DNA of 64,000 nucleotides from Anthoceros angustus. Lineage: Eukaryota > Plantae > Anthocerotophyta. The stretch spans positions 372,001-436,000 of the forward strand of contig VJWM01000007.1 in assembly GCA_010909165.1 (NCBI GenBank), in the 5' to 3' direction. This document shows, piece by piece, positions 28,001-38,996 of the stretch. Made by a program: the position numbers and the translations under genes. Position 1 is the first letter of the stretch. Each line of letters starts with the position of its first letter. The notes beneath the pieces were generated by a model. That model saw nothing but the letters and a program-made list of their open reading frames with translations, searched no databases and was not told the origin of the DNA.

Positions 28001-28318
28001 AGGCCCTGAATGCCTGGGTAGAAGCCAAACCTGATTCTCTATTCGGTTGTATTTGTTTGCTGGCAGGCAAGACGTAAATGGTGAATACAGATTCTTCCAC
28101 CTCAGAAGTGCAAACGAGGTTAGCAAACCTTTCTTGACCTATGGTTACGCTACACATGTGGCTATTTAAATCAGGTTGCCAAACCCATTTGTGTCTCTCT
28201 CTAGGTGCGAATGGATGATGTCGATATTCTGCTATCCGAATATCGCAAGTTGGCTGACTCCAAGGAACTGAATCGTGAATCCTACTCTCTACTCTTGGAT
28301 TACCGTGCAGAGGAATGA
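25029..28318 (+). CDS. Kelch-repeat (galactose oxidase/kelch superfamily) protein, At2g36360-like
   Basis: [19 protein letters not shown]|[18 protein letters not shown]. Repeated P-P-R-x-H...(F/Y)GG kelch motifs ([29 protein letters not shown]). Last exon [16 protein letters not shown]...* with TGA at 28316-28318. Confidence 0.88.
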
Positions 28319-28412
28319 CATTTTCTGGATAACATACGCGATTTCTTAAATAAATCGCACTACTTGTATATCCCGAAGCTAGGGGAAGGGTTGAATTATA
28401 ACTAAACATGGC

Positions 28413-29288
28413 TCAGCCAGACTGTTGCCTGTTCATCGCCTCAAGGTACACGTTCAGCTCATCCAGCTTCTGCATCCTCAGTCTTTCGCTTAATGTGACA
28501 ATCTGGCACAACCATTGTTTAGTGAGTACATAGCTTTCCGGCCAAGCATCGATAGGCAGGAAGGAGATTGCAAGCTGTGGTCCTTTACCTCCATCAACCT
28601 GCACACAAGCTCTGTTTTGATTTTGCTCTTCTCATTGTAGGCTTCCACAGCGTCTTTCAACTCCTTTTCCTGCGCATACAAAGCGGAAGCAGCTTAGATC
28701 ATCAACCAACCGAACAAGAGGCTTCCAAGAATTCCAAGTAAAAGGTGAAACTCAAACCTTCTTTTCACAAAGCTGCTTCAAAGGTCTCAGATCCCTGTCC
28801 ACCGTCTCGATCTTCTTTCTGATATCAGCAACTTCTTTCTTGGTAGGATCCTCAAGACCTTCCAACTCCTGTCACCAGACGAGCTCGCGTCACATCCTGC
28901 CGACGCAAATGCAAAGGAGAACAGTGTGCCAAACTCCCACTTGCAGCCTTACGTACTCACTCTACGCAGTTCATCCAGGCGGCGTGCTTCCTGCTCAACC
29001 CGGCTGAGCTGAGCCTCAACCTTCTCCCTCACTTGCAGCTTCCGACGCTGGATCTCCTCCTCTTTGGCGTGCAACGAGTGCACAGCATTGTCCGCCTGCT
29101 CCTCCTTGTTTCTGAACCCGTTGCTGAGATGCGCCGGCACGGAGCGCAGCGACCGCTGCTGCTCCCAAGCCACTTTCTCCTGCTCGGCAGCTCGCGCACG
29201 CCGATCGCTATCCTGCGCCTCCTGTTGCAGTGTGGTTCGCAAGCTCCGCTCCAGGCCTGCCGCCAGGAAGCCTAGATCCGACGTCATG
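28413..29288 (-). CDS. DUF662 / RAB6-interacting golgin (GORAB)-like coiled-coil protein; start uncertain
   Basis: Spliced KEEEIQRRKLQVREKVEAQLSRVEQEARRLDELRR|ELEGLEDPTKKEVADIRKKIETVDRDLRPLKQLCEKK|EKELKDAVEAYNEKSKIKTELVCRLME|...SERLRMQKLDELN. Stop at 28413. Confidence 0.85.
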
Positions 29289-29759
29289 GCCTCAGCTTGC
29301 GTTGTTGTCGGAGCCTCTGCTTGCCTGTGCAAAACAAAAGACTCACAAAAGCCTCTATGAACGACTAATAATAATATTCCTGTCTAGACACAAACTGGCA
29401 TACACTACTCTCAGGTACATATGTCATGCATCCATGCATCCATGTGGATACATACATCTATGTATGAAGACCTGCTGAAGTTCTAAATTCCAATGCGTCC
29501 CGCCAACGTGCTTCTAGGCGCGCAAGAGGAGAACTGCGCACGCCCGTCTTCAATTTTGCCTGCTTTTGTGTTCCTCTGATGCGGACAAGACATTCGTGCA
29601 ATTTAGTGCAGAAGGTAGAGAGGGTAGAGCAGCGGCGGGCTGTGATCATGCGGGCTCCTGGAACGCAGCTTCCGCGAAGGCTCTTGGCATTGGGACGAGC
29701 AGGAGCCAGGCACAGAGACGCAATTGCAGCAGAAGTGTAGCACCGCTGCAAAGCCGACG

Positions 29760-32700
29760 ATGCACATGATGGATGTGAACCGCAGCGGCTCTTGTGCAGC
29801 TGAGCAGGAAATCAGAAAGAGCTTGGCATTACAGGCGAGGCTGGGAGCCCATCTGCAGGAGGAAGCGGCATTGCATGAGCGGGAGAATGTGGGTTCGGGA
29901 CCGCGCACCAGGCGCGCAGCTTCCAGGTCACCTGCCATTGACAAGAGCACCGTGAGCATACCTTCTCTGCAGGAGAAGTTGGGTTGGGGCAGGCGAAGTG
30001 GGAACGCAATGCTGCAACGGGCTGCGAGCGCAAACGCCCGGGCTCGCAGGGGCTCTCTAGAATGCCAGCAGGATTGCAGGGAGTCTATCTCTCTCGGCCG
30101 CCGCTTTGTGTCAGCTTCTTCTTCTTCGTCGTCTGTTTCCACGGATGGGAGAGTGTCCCTCTCTTGCAGTTCGGACGAGGCTCATCTTTCCAGTATTTCC
30201 ATGCACAAGAGGCTGTCCATGTTGGAGGAAAGAGTGAGTGGCATTGCAACTGAGCTTAGAGGTACCAAGGACGTGCTGGATTCGTTCAATCCCGCTTGGT
30301 CTAAGGGGCTGTTGGCGGAAATTCAGTCCAAGATTTCCATTTTGGAAACAGCTATGATTCTGCATATGGGAGCAGTGTCAGCCCCTGTAGCTCAACACGG
30401 TAGTTGTGTTACTGGGAATCTTCCAGCAGAGGTTAAACAGGCAAGGGAAACTTCTGTTCAGGATTTATGCGGGATCCACGGCCAGGAGAAGGAAAGCATT
30501 GTCGACTTTACCAAGTGCAAGGTACCGTACGACACAGTCGAAGCTCGTGATGGAAGCTGCCTGCCGGCAGTTGCACGCATGCGGGTTGTGACTCAATGCA
30601 ATGATGATGGTGGTAAGAATGTGCATAGAAATCTCGAGCAAGGGCAGTCAATTGAAGATGAGTTTGTCCGGCAGACATTGCAGCAGGTTTCAAATGTGCA
30701 GGATGTGGATCATTCACTATCTCCTGTAGGGCAAGGGTCCTGCAACTATGAATTGGAGACTGGTACCAGCGGTAACAGTACGTTATCAGATATTTCACAT
30801 GCTGTCAAGCAGTCAAATCACAAGGGTCGCTGCCTGGAGGACAGTTGCAGGGTTCAATCTGTAGTGAGCACTGCTGAGCGCCTTGTTACCCTGTCTGCAT
30901 CGAGAAGTTCTAAGGGTCCTAGGACCCTGGAACTCTCAAGGCCTTCATATGGCTCTGAAGGTGGGAAGGTAAGCTCCTCTGGGCTTCCTGTCTCGATTGA
31001 TAGGCAGCTGGACACCCAGGTGGAGTGGTGTAGTGGACACCGCATGAACTTTTCTCAATCAGGTGACAGCATTGCATTCTCCTTTGCCTTGGCTGGCCTT
31101 CGAACTGGGTAATTATCAACTTGGAAATAACCCGTTAAGCTGTGTTGTCCGCAGAGCCGTGCCAAATCCCTCCGTCAAATGCTGTGACGCTGATGGGGGG
31201 CGTGTCTGACTCCCATGTGGATCCACAGGAAGTAACTTATGCACCTTCACTGAGAGACCCTACTGGCAACAAGTCCGATTCTCTTCCCAATGATGCCGAC
31301 GGAGCAATGGAAGAAAGCTGGGAGGATCTCCTGCTCTCGTCTGATCAGTCTGCATCACAGCATTGTGGGAGCACACTGCCTCTTTGGCCAAACAAGCCGG
31401 TTATGTCAGAAGATAGACCGTATGGTAAACTGCACAAGATGGGGCACAAAACAGCGACTGCTGGGTGGTTTGTCTGTGAAGGTGAAGGTGTGGTGCTGGC
31501 ACATGAGGATGGTTCTTGCTCATTCTACGATGTTGCAAACATGGAGGTAGCGGTTTCTCTTCACCTGTAACAGCTGAAAAGGCTGCCGTTGCACCTATAA
31601 TTAGAGTATGTTCCCACTGACGGACCAAACACCTCTGGTTCATGTTTCCAGAGGATGGTTGAAGGTGCCCGTTCTTATCAAGGAGGATTGCTAACTGCCG
31701 GTGACTGTGGTGAATTTCACTGCAACAGTTGGCTGTGATGTTTCACGAATGAAAGGATTTGGTCCTCATAGGTCCAGAATGACTGGCTTTTGCTGTTGCT
31801 CTTTTCTGTCATAAGCGTCTGTAGGCTGATCTTGTGCAGACACATGAGCCATAGGGTTTTTCTATCATGTCACGGAGAACCGTTCATCTTTGTGGAAGCT
31901 TGATACATAGTCCTTTGTCCTTTGTTGGTAGGAAAGGCTGGTACTAAATTTTCTCATTGTCAATTACAGGAGAAGGTAGAATTTGTAAGTCCACTAGGAT
32001 TGGGACCTGGTGCTTGGCAAGACTGCTGGCTCATCAGAGCAGCTGGTGCCGATGGGCGCTCCAGCAAGTATGTAGTGGCAGCATCTGCTGCCGGAGCTAC
32101 TGATGCAGGTTTCTGTGTATGGGACTTCCAGGAGAGAAATGTTGCCGCTTACCATTGTGAGACATCCTCTGTGCAGCCCACTGCAGGCACAATAGCAAAT
32201 GTATCCCGCCAATGCCTATCCGACCGTCAGTATCCAGCCCAGAGACCTGAAAGTAGTCCCACGCTGAAGTCTATCCAGGCATATCCAATGAACAGCCTCA
32301 AGAGTGCAGCTTTTCATAGTCCACTCTGGTGGTACAGACCCTGTGGTCCCCTTCTTGCGTCAGCGGGAAGTGGTCTGAACACCTTGGCTCTCTATGACGT
32401 ACGGGATGGGGACATCGTGACTCGATGGCAGGGTCACAAGAGGGTTGCTGTTTTGAAATTCTGTAGTCCACTGCAATGGAGAGACAAAGGGAAAATCGTG
32501 GTTGCCTGCGAGGAATCTGTTGGAGTGTGGGATGTGAATTCAATGGCAGCTCGGAGTATTCATAGTGTTAATTTTTCAGGAAGTGCATTTTCTGCTATGC
32601 ACATTCCAAACGCAGATGCTGAATGCAGTGGAGGTGTCTGGCAAAGGTAAGTTCAACCTGCCGGCATTTTTCAGTGATGGGTTACTCTTACTGGTTGATG

Positions 32701-33291
32701 CAGCGTAGGTAGCTTCTTCCTCGGAGTCTTTTTCGAGCTTGCTGCTGACTGCACGTTTCCTGTCGCAGGAGACCTGCTTCAGAAAATGGCAAATGTGATG
32801 GGTTGCTTTGCAGCGAACGAGCTATCAACATACTTGATTTTCGTCTCCCAACCGCTGTGGCCTTGAGGATACCTCTGTCCTGTGAAGAGATTCAGTGCAT
32901 TTATGCCAATGGAGATTCAATATTTACCGGTGTCAGAGCCCAAGACCATCGGAGTCTGGCTCTCTCCCCAGGTTCCGTAAGTGACCAGCATAGCGTATTG
33001 CAATGGTCAATTCGGCAAGGCAAGCCTATGTGTGCTTACAACATACTTGGACGTGGTGAAGGTAACTCAGTCTGCCAAGTGTGGGGTTCCTCAGAGTCAG
33101 TCATGGCAGTGGACAACGATGGGCTATGTATCTTTGATGCAGCAACTGGGTTTGACGGCCCACAGGCAGGCATACGCGCACGGATTCCGGATGGGACCAA
33201 TGACCTCGTCGATCCAACCTTTGACTACTCTTGCTCCCGAATACTGCTGATATCAAGAGATAGGCCTGCCAACTGGTGTCATTGGCCTTAG
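29760..33291 (+). CDS. At4g14310-like (KIN14B/KAC kinesin-interacting) protein with C-terminal WD40-like region; start approximate
   Basis: Family-typical blocks RLSMLEERVSGIATELRGTKDVLD, GHKTATAGWFVCEGEGVVLAHEDGSCSFYDVANMEEK, WQDCWLIRAAGADG...YVVAASA, WWYRPCGPLLAS, SPLQWRDKGK, and C-terminal FDYSCSRILLISRDRPANW. Confidence 0.85.
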
Positions 33292-34074
33292 CGGTCTGCC
33301 TGTCTACGATAGAACGGTCAATCCAGCCGTTTTTGATTGGGCACCGTGTTTGATACTGCTCGGATCACTTCAAAGTTTTGTATTTTTGGTTAGGTACCTA
33401 TGCCCTCCAAGATGGCGTAACATAGCCTCGCACCAAGACCGAAGGCCAGAAGATAGCTTTACTCCTCGCCTGATTTCGTTGTGGTCCAAGACCTCCAATG
33501 ATCTTTCGATTGCAGGCAGGCTTGCAGGTGTACTTACTAGGAGTGGCGGCTACCCAGAGTGTCCGAAGCACTCCCCAGCTCGGGTGAGCACACCTGTGTG
33601 TAAGCGGCAGTGCAGTTGATGTTGTAGAAACTGTTGGCTGCTGGCTGGGATTGATGGATCGATTCAACAGTCTCTCAAAGGCTGGAAATTTCTGTTGTTG
33701 CCCAGTACCTACTGGTTTCGAGGAAGTCCTTCCCAATCACCCATTTTGCCCGAATTCATCGATGATCTCAGGATCCAGGAAAAATCTAAAACCGTAATAC
33801 CAATATTTCCTGAAACACAAGGGCTGTCATTCTGGGGTTCAAATTCAAGGACTCCTGAAATCGGGTCCTTCTCATTAATTCGAACGACGCAGGCTTTCAA
33901 CCAGAAGAGCACAGTTTAGCCAATTTACTTCCTAACTGAAAGTTAGAATTATGTCTTCTTCCTGATCACCTACAGAAACCCTGCAGTTCTAGTCTGTGGG
34001 ACTTGTTACTGGAGCTATCAGCCATCTTGGCACAAAAAAGGATCTGCACAGGACCACAGCATGGGAGGAGCTTC

Positions 34075-37000
34075 CTACGTACCAACCGATGCAGGAGAAG
34101 GTCCGTCCACCATGTGCCAGTCCGGCTGTGGCAGTTGCATACGCTCACAATACGCGCCCTCCTGAAGCGGAAGTGAGCAAGCACTGTTTCTTGGTGACAC
34201 AACGTCATGATCCACTTCAGTCTGCGAGACAGAAGGCAGAGTTCCGGATTCATTGAACATATGGGGGCCACCGGACCTACTAAGTCCAAAGGCAGACTCT
34301 AGCCTTGCTAAACCCATCGAACTTGAGAAAGACGTTGTTGCCCAATTCTGTTGGTATAGCGTATCTGAGGACCCAAAACCTGCATTGCTATCCCTGGCTG
34401 AGGGCATCTCGCCAGGAATTGGACAGTGTGCCATGGCGGCCGCTGCAGGCAAAATAGAGGACCCATGAGGGAAAAACGACATCCCAGGTGCTGAACCTTC
34501 GCCATGATAATGCTCTCCAACATGGTCCGCAAAGCCAAAAAGCGCAGGGGCGTCGTCACCAAGGGCTCCACTTCCCGTCCCAAGTGCTGGAGAGGAGACC
34601 ACCACTTCTTCATGACTCTCTGACCCGCATCCCATCGTAACTGGAGAATTCGATACCCATAGATCCGTTGCCACAAACCCTGACCGCAATGCAGCAGAAT
34701 CAAACGATAAGGGTACACTGGACAGAACAGGCTTCCTATCAACAGCTTCATTCACCGCGTCTCGGTCACTCGATGCCGGCTCGTCACTCTCTGTGGACAT
34801 GTCTATTACAGGATATAGCAGCGAAGGGCTACTAGAAGTGACTCCTGTTGATGAGATTCTCGCCATGGAAGTATATGGAGCCGCATCTACTTTGTCCGGC
34901 GGCGCCGGCTCCCATGATCCATCCGGAAATACCATAACATCCACAACATTTTCCGTGGTATTCTTAAGCACCTACAATCAGCATACAGGCTTTGATCAAT
35001 GAACCACACAAGACAGGGAAAATGGGTGACTGCAGTGATGGAAAGCCAGTCGTTGCCCTCTACCTTTGCCATCTGTACGTCAAGCCGGAGATCTGGAAAG
35101 CTAACAGGTGTGGTGCAGTATGGACAGCGCCAGGCAGGCCTCCTCTTGTTGATTTCAACAAAACTCTCGTAGTCAAAACACTGCCAACTGCAAGTCAGCT
35201 ATATGAAGACAGAGACTCCTGCAATAACAGCGACTGAAACAATGAACAGTTCCATACCTGATGATGTTTGCATGAAGCTCCTTTAACAGGAGTGCTTATA
35301 CGCTTATGACTGTCAAATCGAAGGACAGCGTTAACATTTTTGACACGAGCATCATGGAACAGGGGCTATGCAGTCACTTGCAATTCCGCTGACAGCAGAA
35401 GAGAGTTTGCCACTAACTACATATGCAGGCAGCAAACGAAGTTCACCTGATTGGACAGCGTAAAGACACTCTCGAAGCGCCCTCAATGACATCTTCATCG
35501 TCAATTGCAACAGTGCTGCTTGCTGCCACACATGCACACAGTTTCCGAAGGTTGAGAAGAGTTCAGGAATCCTTGGCTGCTCGGACAGCATAAATGAACC
35601 ATGCGTTGTAACGAACCATTACCTGTCACGGCTTCGGGCAATGGCATGGCGTATTCTGGAAGCTTAAACGTTCTTCCCGATTTAAGCGTTGTCGTGATGG
35701 CAATAGCAATTGTATAAGAATCTGGATCACACATGATAGTTCATAGCTGTATGAGTTTCATATCTTGTCTTGGCACTATCTTATGGAGAGGGCAAAATAA
35801 AAAAACCCACATACCTGGGAAATCACCTATGACTTGCAGCACATTGAGTCCGTGACGAAGGAACTGCGTAACATCAGTGGGCACCTGAGGCCCAGAATCC
35901 TGGAAAAGGACCCGAAAAGAACAGGTTAGAAGGTCAATATGCATTCTTTTCCCCCGTAGAATTCCAGTTTGCAAATTTGGCTAGCAGGGACAGCGATGTA
36001 GATTGCACTGACCGTAGAAATGATCGTCCTCTTTTCCAGACCTCTTCCATTCACCAGAATACTGGACAAAATGTAGTGACAAAGACGAGAACTTAATAGA
36101 CTAACACAATCTTCAAAAGGAAAGACTTTGCATGTTCGAAGTTGCCTCAAAAGAGCCATGACACACCAGGTCCAGCAGAACTACTGACTACCTTCTTCTA
36201 GGGAAACAACAAGGGAAACAAGTTTCCATACTTGACTTGAGGCGGTGAGATGAGGCAAGACGACGTTTCAATGTTCTTGGGAAAGACAAACAGCCTCTGC
36301 CAACAAAGGACGGATTGAATTTAATGGAGAACTTGGACGCCAGAATGCACGACCAATTCATTTTTCATGTTGTAGAGAAACTTGTTATCAAGAGCTCCAA
36401 GCGCCACGAATCAGAGGTACCCATGGCGTACCAGGCGCTCCTGGTTGCTACCAAGCGGCGGCACGTTGAAATCGCAGAGCAAAACCTCGTAACCAAGCTG
36501 ACAGACCAACATAGTGTGCTGTCAGTGTCAAGTTCCCATAATCTGTCTTCATGTGAGTCTACAAAAATTCCAGAAGACAATGGGGAAAGCGAGTGAGCAG
36601 AAACCTTGGCATCTACCGATAAGATGACTGAGCTTACTTTCAACCAAGGAAGGTATCTGCATCAAGCTGATAACTGAGTGACTTCGTGCCTCCTCTCTTG
36701 AGGAGACAGACAAGATGCTGTGCTGACCATCACACATCGTCGACAACATACATAGACCCAAATATCTGGGACGACGCAGCTCTTGCTCTGGCAAAGGCCT
36801 GGGCTGCTTTCCCAGGGCCAAGACACATCTACACCCGGTAAACTGGCGGCCAACGTTTGTCAAAGCCTGCTAAGGACTGTATGCGTACCTGTCACTTATC
36901 CTATTGATGACCTGTGCAGTGTCCTGTGCTTCAGCATTATTGGGTAATTCCGGAGAAGACGGAGAGTGTTTGTCTTCGACAAAGTATGCTGTAAACTGCA

Positions 37001-37671
37001 GAGACAGTGGCACACAAGACTGTCTGTTGCGACTGCAGTGTCCAGTAATGAGCAAGAGCAAACGCAATAGAAGGATGGGACAGGTGCCTCACAGTGTGGT
37101 AGCTAGCCAGTAGCTCCTCCGCATCTGCAGCTTGGAACCACCCAGCAAGGCAGGCACTCTACGCAGCAGTGTGTGAAAGCGCGGTTAATGCGATGCAAAG
37201 CCGTCCTGCACAACGACGAAATGCACAGGCCTAGCATACCTTGAGAGAGAGGAGTAGCGCCATGATCGCTGGTCGTAGACTGACATCTTCCTTGACCTCG
37301 CAGACCTGCAACAAGAAATGTGTGCGCGTGTGAGTTCTGGTAATGTGCGGATGACGGGGAAGCAACCCGGGTAACGATTTCCGGAACCCACCAGCCTGAA
37401 GAGCTGCACAATGTCCGAAGTCACCGATGGCACCAGGCCGCTGGTCACGGCACGATCAACCAGTCTGTGCAGAGGAGAATTGGAGTTAACGTGATGGTGG
37501 GGCACAGTGCAAAGCTGCGGAGGGCGGACGTTAGAAGAGGTACCGAGAGAGGTGGACGAAGTCGCGCTTGAGCTCTGGTTTTTGTGCAACAGGGCCTGGA
37601 ACGAGCTTGGTTAAGAGGGAGGCGACGAGATCCGAGAGTCGGTCGTTAAGCTGCTGCTGTGGTGCTCCCAT
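34075..37671 (-). CDS. PIAL: PIAL1/2-like SP-RING (zf-MIZ) SUMO ligase; 3' end uncertain
   Basis: ILVNGRGLEKRT...DSGPQVPTDVTQFLRHGLNVLQVIG (PINIT-like). SP-RING reads EDVIEGASRVSLRCPI|SHKRISTPVKGASCKHHQ|CFDYESFVEINKRRPAWRCPYC, then VMVFPDGSW and a SIM-like VIDMSTESDE. ATG at 37671. Confidence 0.87.
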
Positions 37672-37787
37672 GGTGGGTGCTATTGCCGAGCGGGCTTCAC
37701 GAAGTGCCGTAGTAACAGATAGGTCTTGAGGCGGGTGGGTGGGCAAGGCAACGACGAAGTGGAGGCTGTCCAGCCCGTCGGTGCAGG

Positions 37788-38895
37788 ATGCCTCCGTATA
37801 AGATGGAGATGGAGTGCACGGCCTACTGCAGGTAGGGATTTCATGGCACGGCAGGGCAGGGCAGGGCCGTTGCTGGGGGAATTTGTGACGTATGTGCTTG
37901 GCCTGGGGTGATGGCAGCTGTGGCTATTGCTGCAAGTGGGAGTGGGGGATCAAGCTGCCAGGAAGTTGGTATCTTGGTGTCTGCCCGTGGTGGATTCCGC
38001 TGAGAATACGGCGGCGTAAGAAGGGTGTGTACACGGACAAACGGGTGCCTTTGGTGGCCAAGTAGGTGCTTTTCTTGCGAAGAATTCGCAGGTGCCTGCA
38101 TGGTGGCATGCTGTTTGATGACCAGATTGTTGTTGCACCCAGGTACTGGACAGCCACAGGACTGACAGGAAGTCCATACTATGGCTTCACATCCAACGGA
38201 AGGTACCCTGGCCAGGTGAGCACACAAGAAAGGGCTTGCAAGAGATGGGATTGGCTTTCCCCTGGCCCAGCTAGCCTGGCTCGGTTTCTGATGACGACAC
38301 TGGCCTGGATGCATTGCAGGCCCGTCCAGCAATACTGTCTGGGCTGAGCTTGTCACAGTACCAGAAGATTCCAGGCCGTTTGTTGCTCTTTCCTTGGCGT
38401 TTACTTCCCAGACACGGTTCTATTGCTGCAGACACCGACTATTATCCTTTCGGCACACGAATGTTCATCCCAGGCTACGGTTGGGGAGAGGTAGGCCTGG
38501 TATCATCTGATGAGGCCGGGAGAGAGGATCTGGCAGGTTGAACAGCCTCTGCTGCCATGTTGTGCAGGTTGAGGACCGAGGGGCTGCCATCAAGGGCCCA
38601 AGAAGGATCGATCTATACCACCACTCGCATCAAACAGCACTGAAATGGGGGCGTCGCAAATTGGAGGCATGTCACTGCCCCTTGTTGTGCTAGACTAGTC
38701 TTAGCCATGTCCTGTCTGGTGGAGGAAGTGTTAATGCTGGTGTGAGCTCATACATGTTGTTCATGAAGTGTTACGGCTTGATTGCAGGTTCTGATTGTGC
38801 TTCCAGGGCAAAGCACTCTAGACTGTCTCCGGATTCCAAGACCACTGAAGGCAGTACTCAAAGGGCTCAACTGGCTGAGATGCTTGCTTCTCTAA
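37788..38895 (+). CDS. 3D-domain (three-Asp, MltA/Sps-like lytic transglycosylase fold) protein, 6 exons, about 214 aa
   Basis: Exons 37788-37831, 37918-38061, 38143-38215, 38320-38490, 38568-38666 and 38788-38895 join in frame. Product: MPPYKMEMECTAYCSCGYCCKW...YYGFTSNG...GSIAADTDYYPFGTRMFIPGYGWGEVEDRGAAIKGPRRIDLYHHSHQTALKWGRRKLEVLIV...*. The last intron needs a GC donor. Confidence 0.88.
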
Positions 38896-38996
38896 GCTAG
38901 GGCTAGGCTAGGCTAGGGGACAAGATGCATAACAGTAATAGTGCTAGGGACATGAAGTAGGTAGGACGTGCTCAGTAGAGAATTGTAGAGCTCAAT

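Noticed and set aside
33398-34074. Additional PIAL 3' exons
   Set aside because: No convincing in-frame splice path was found, so the region is left unresolved.
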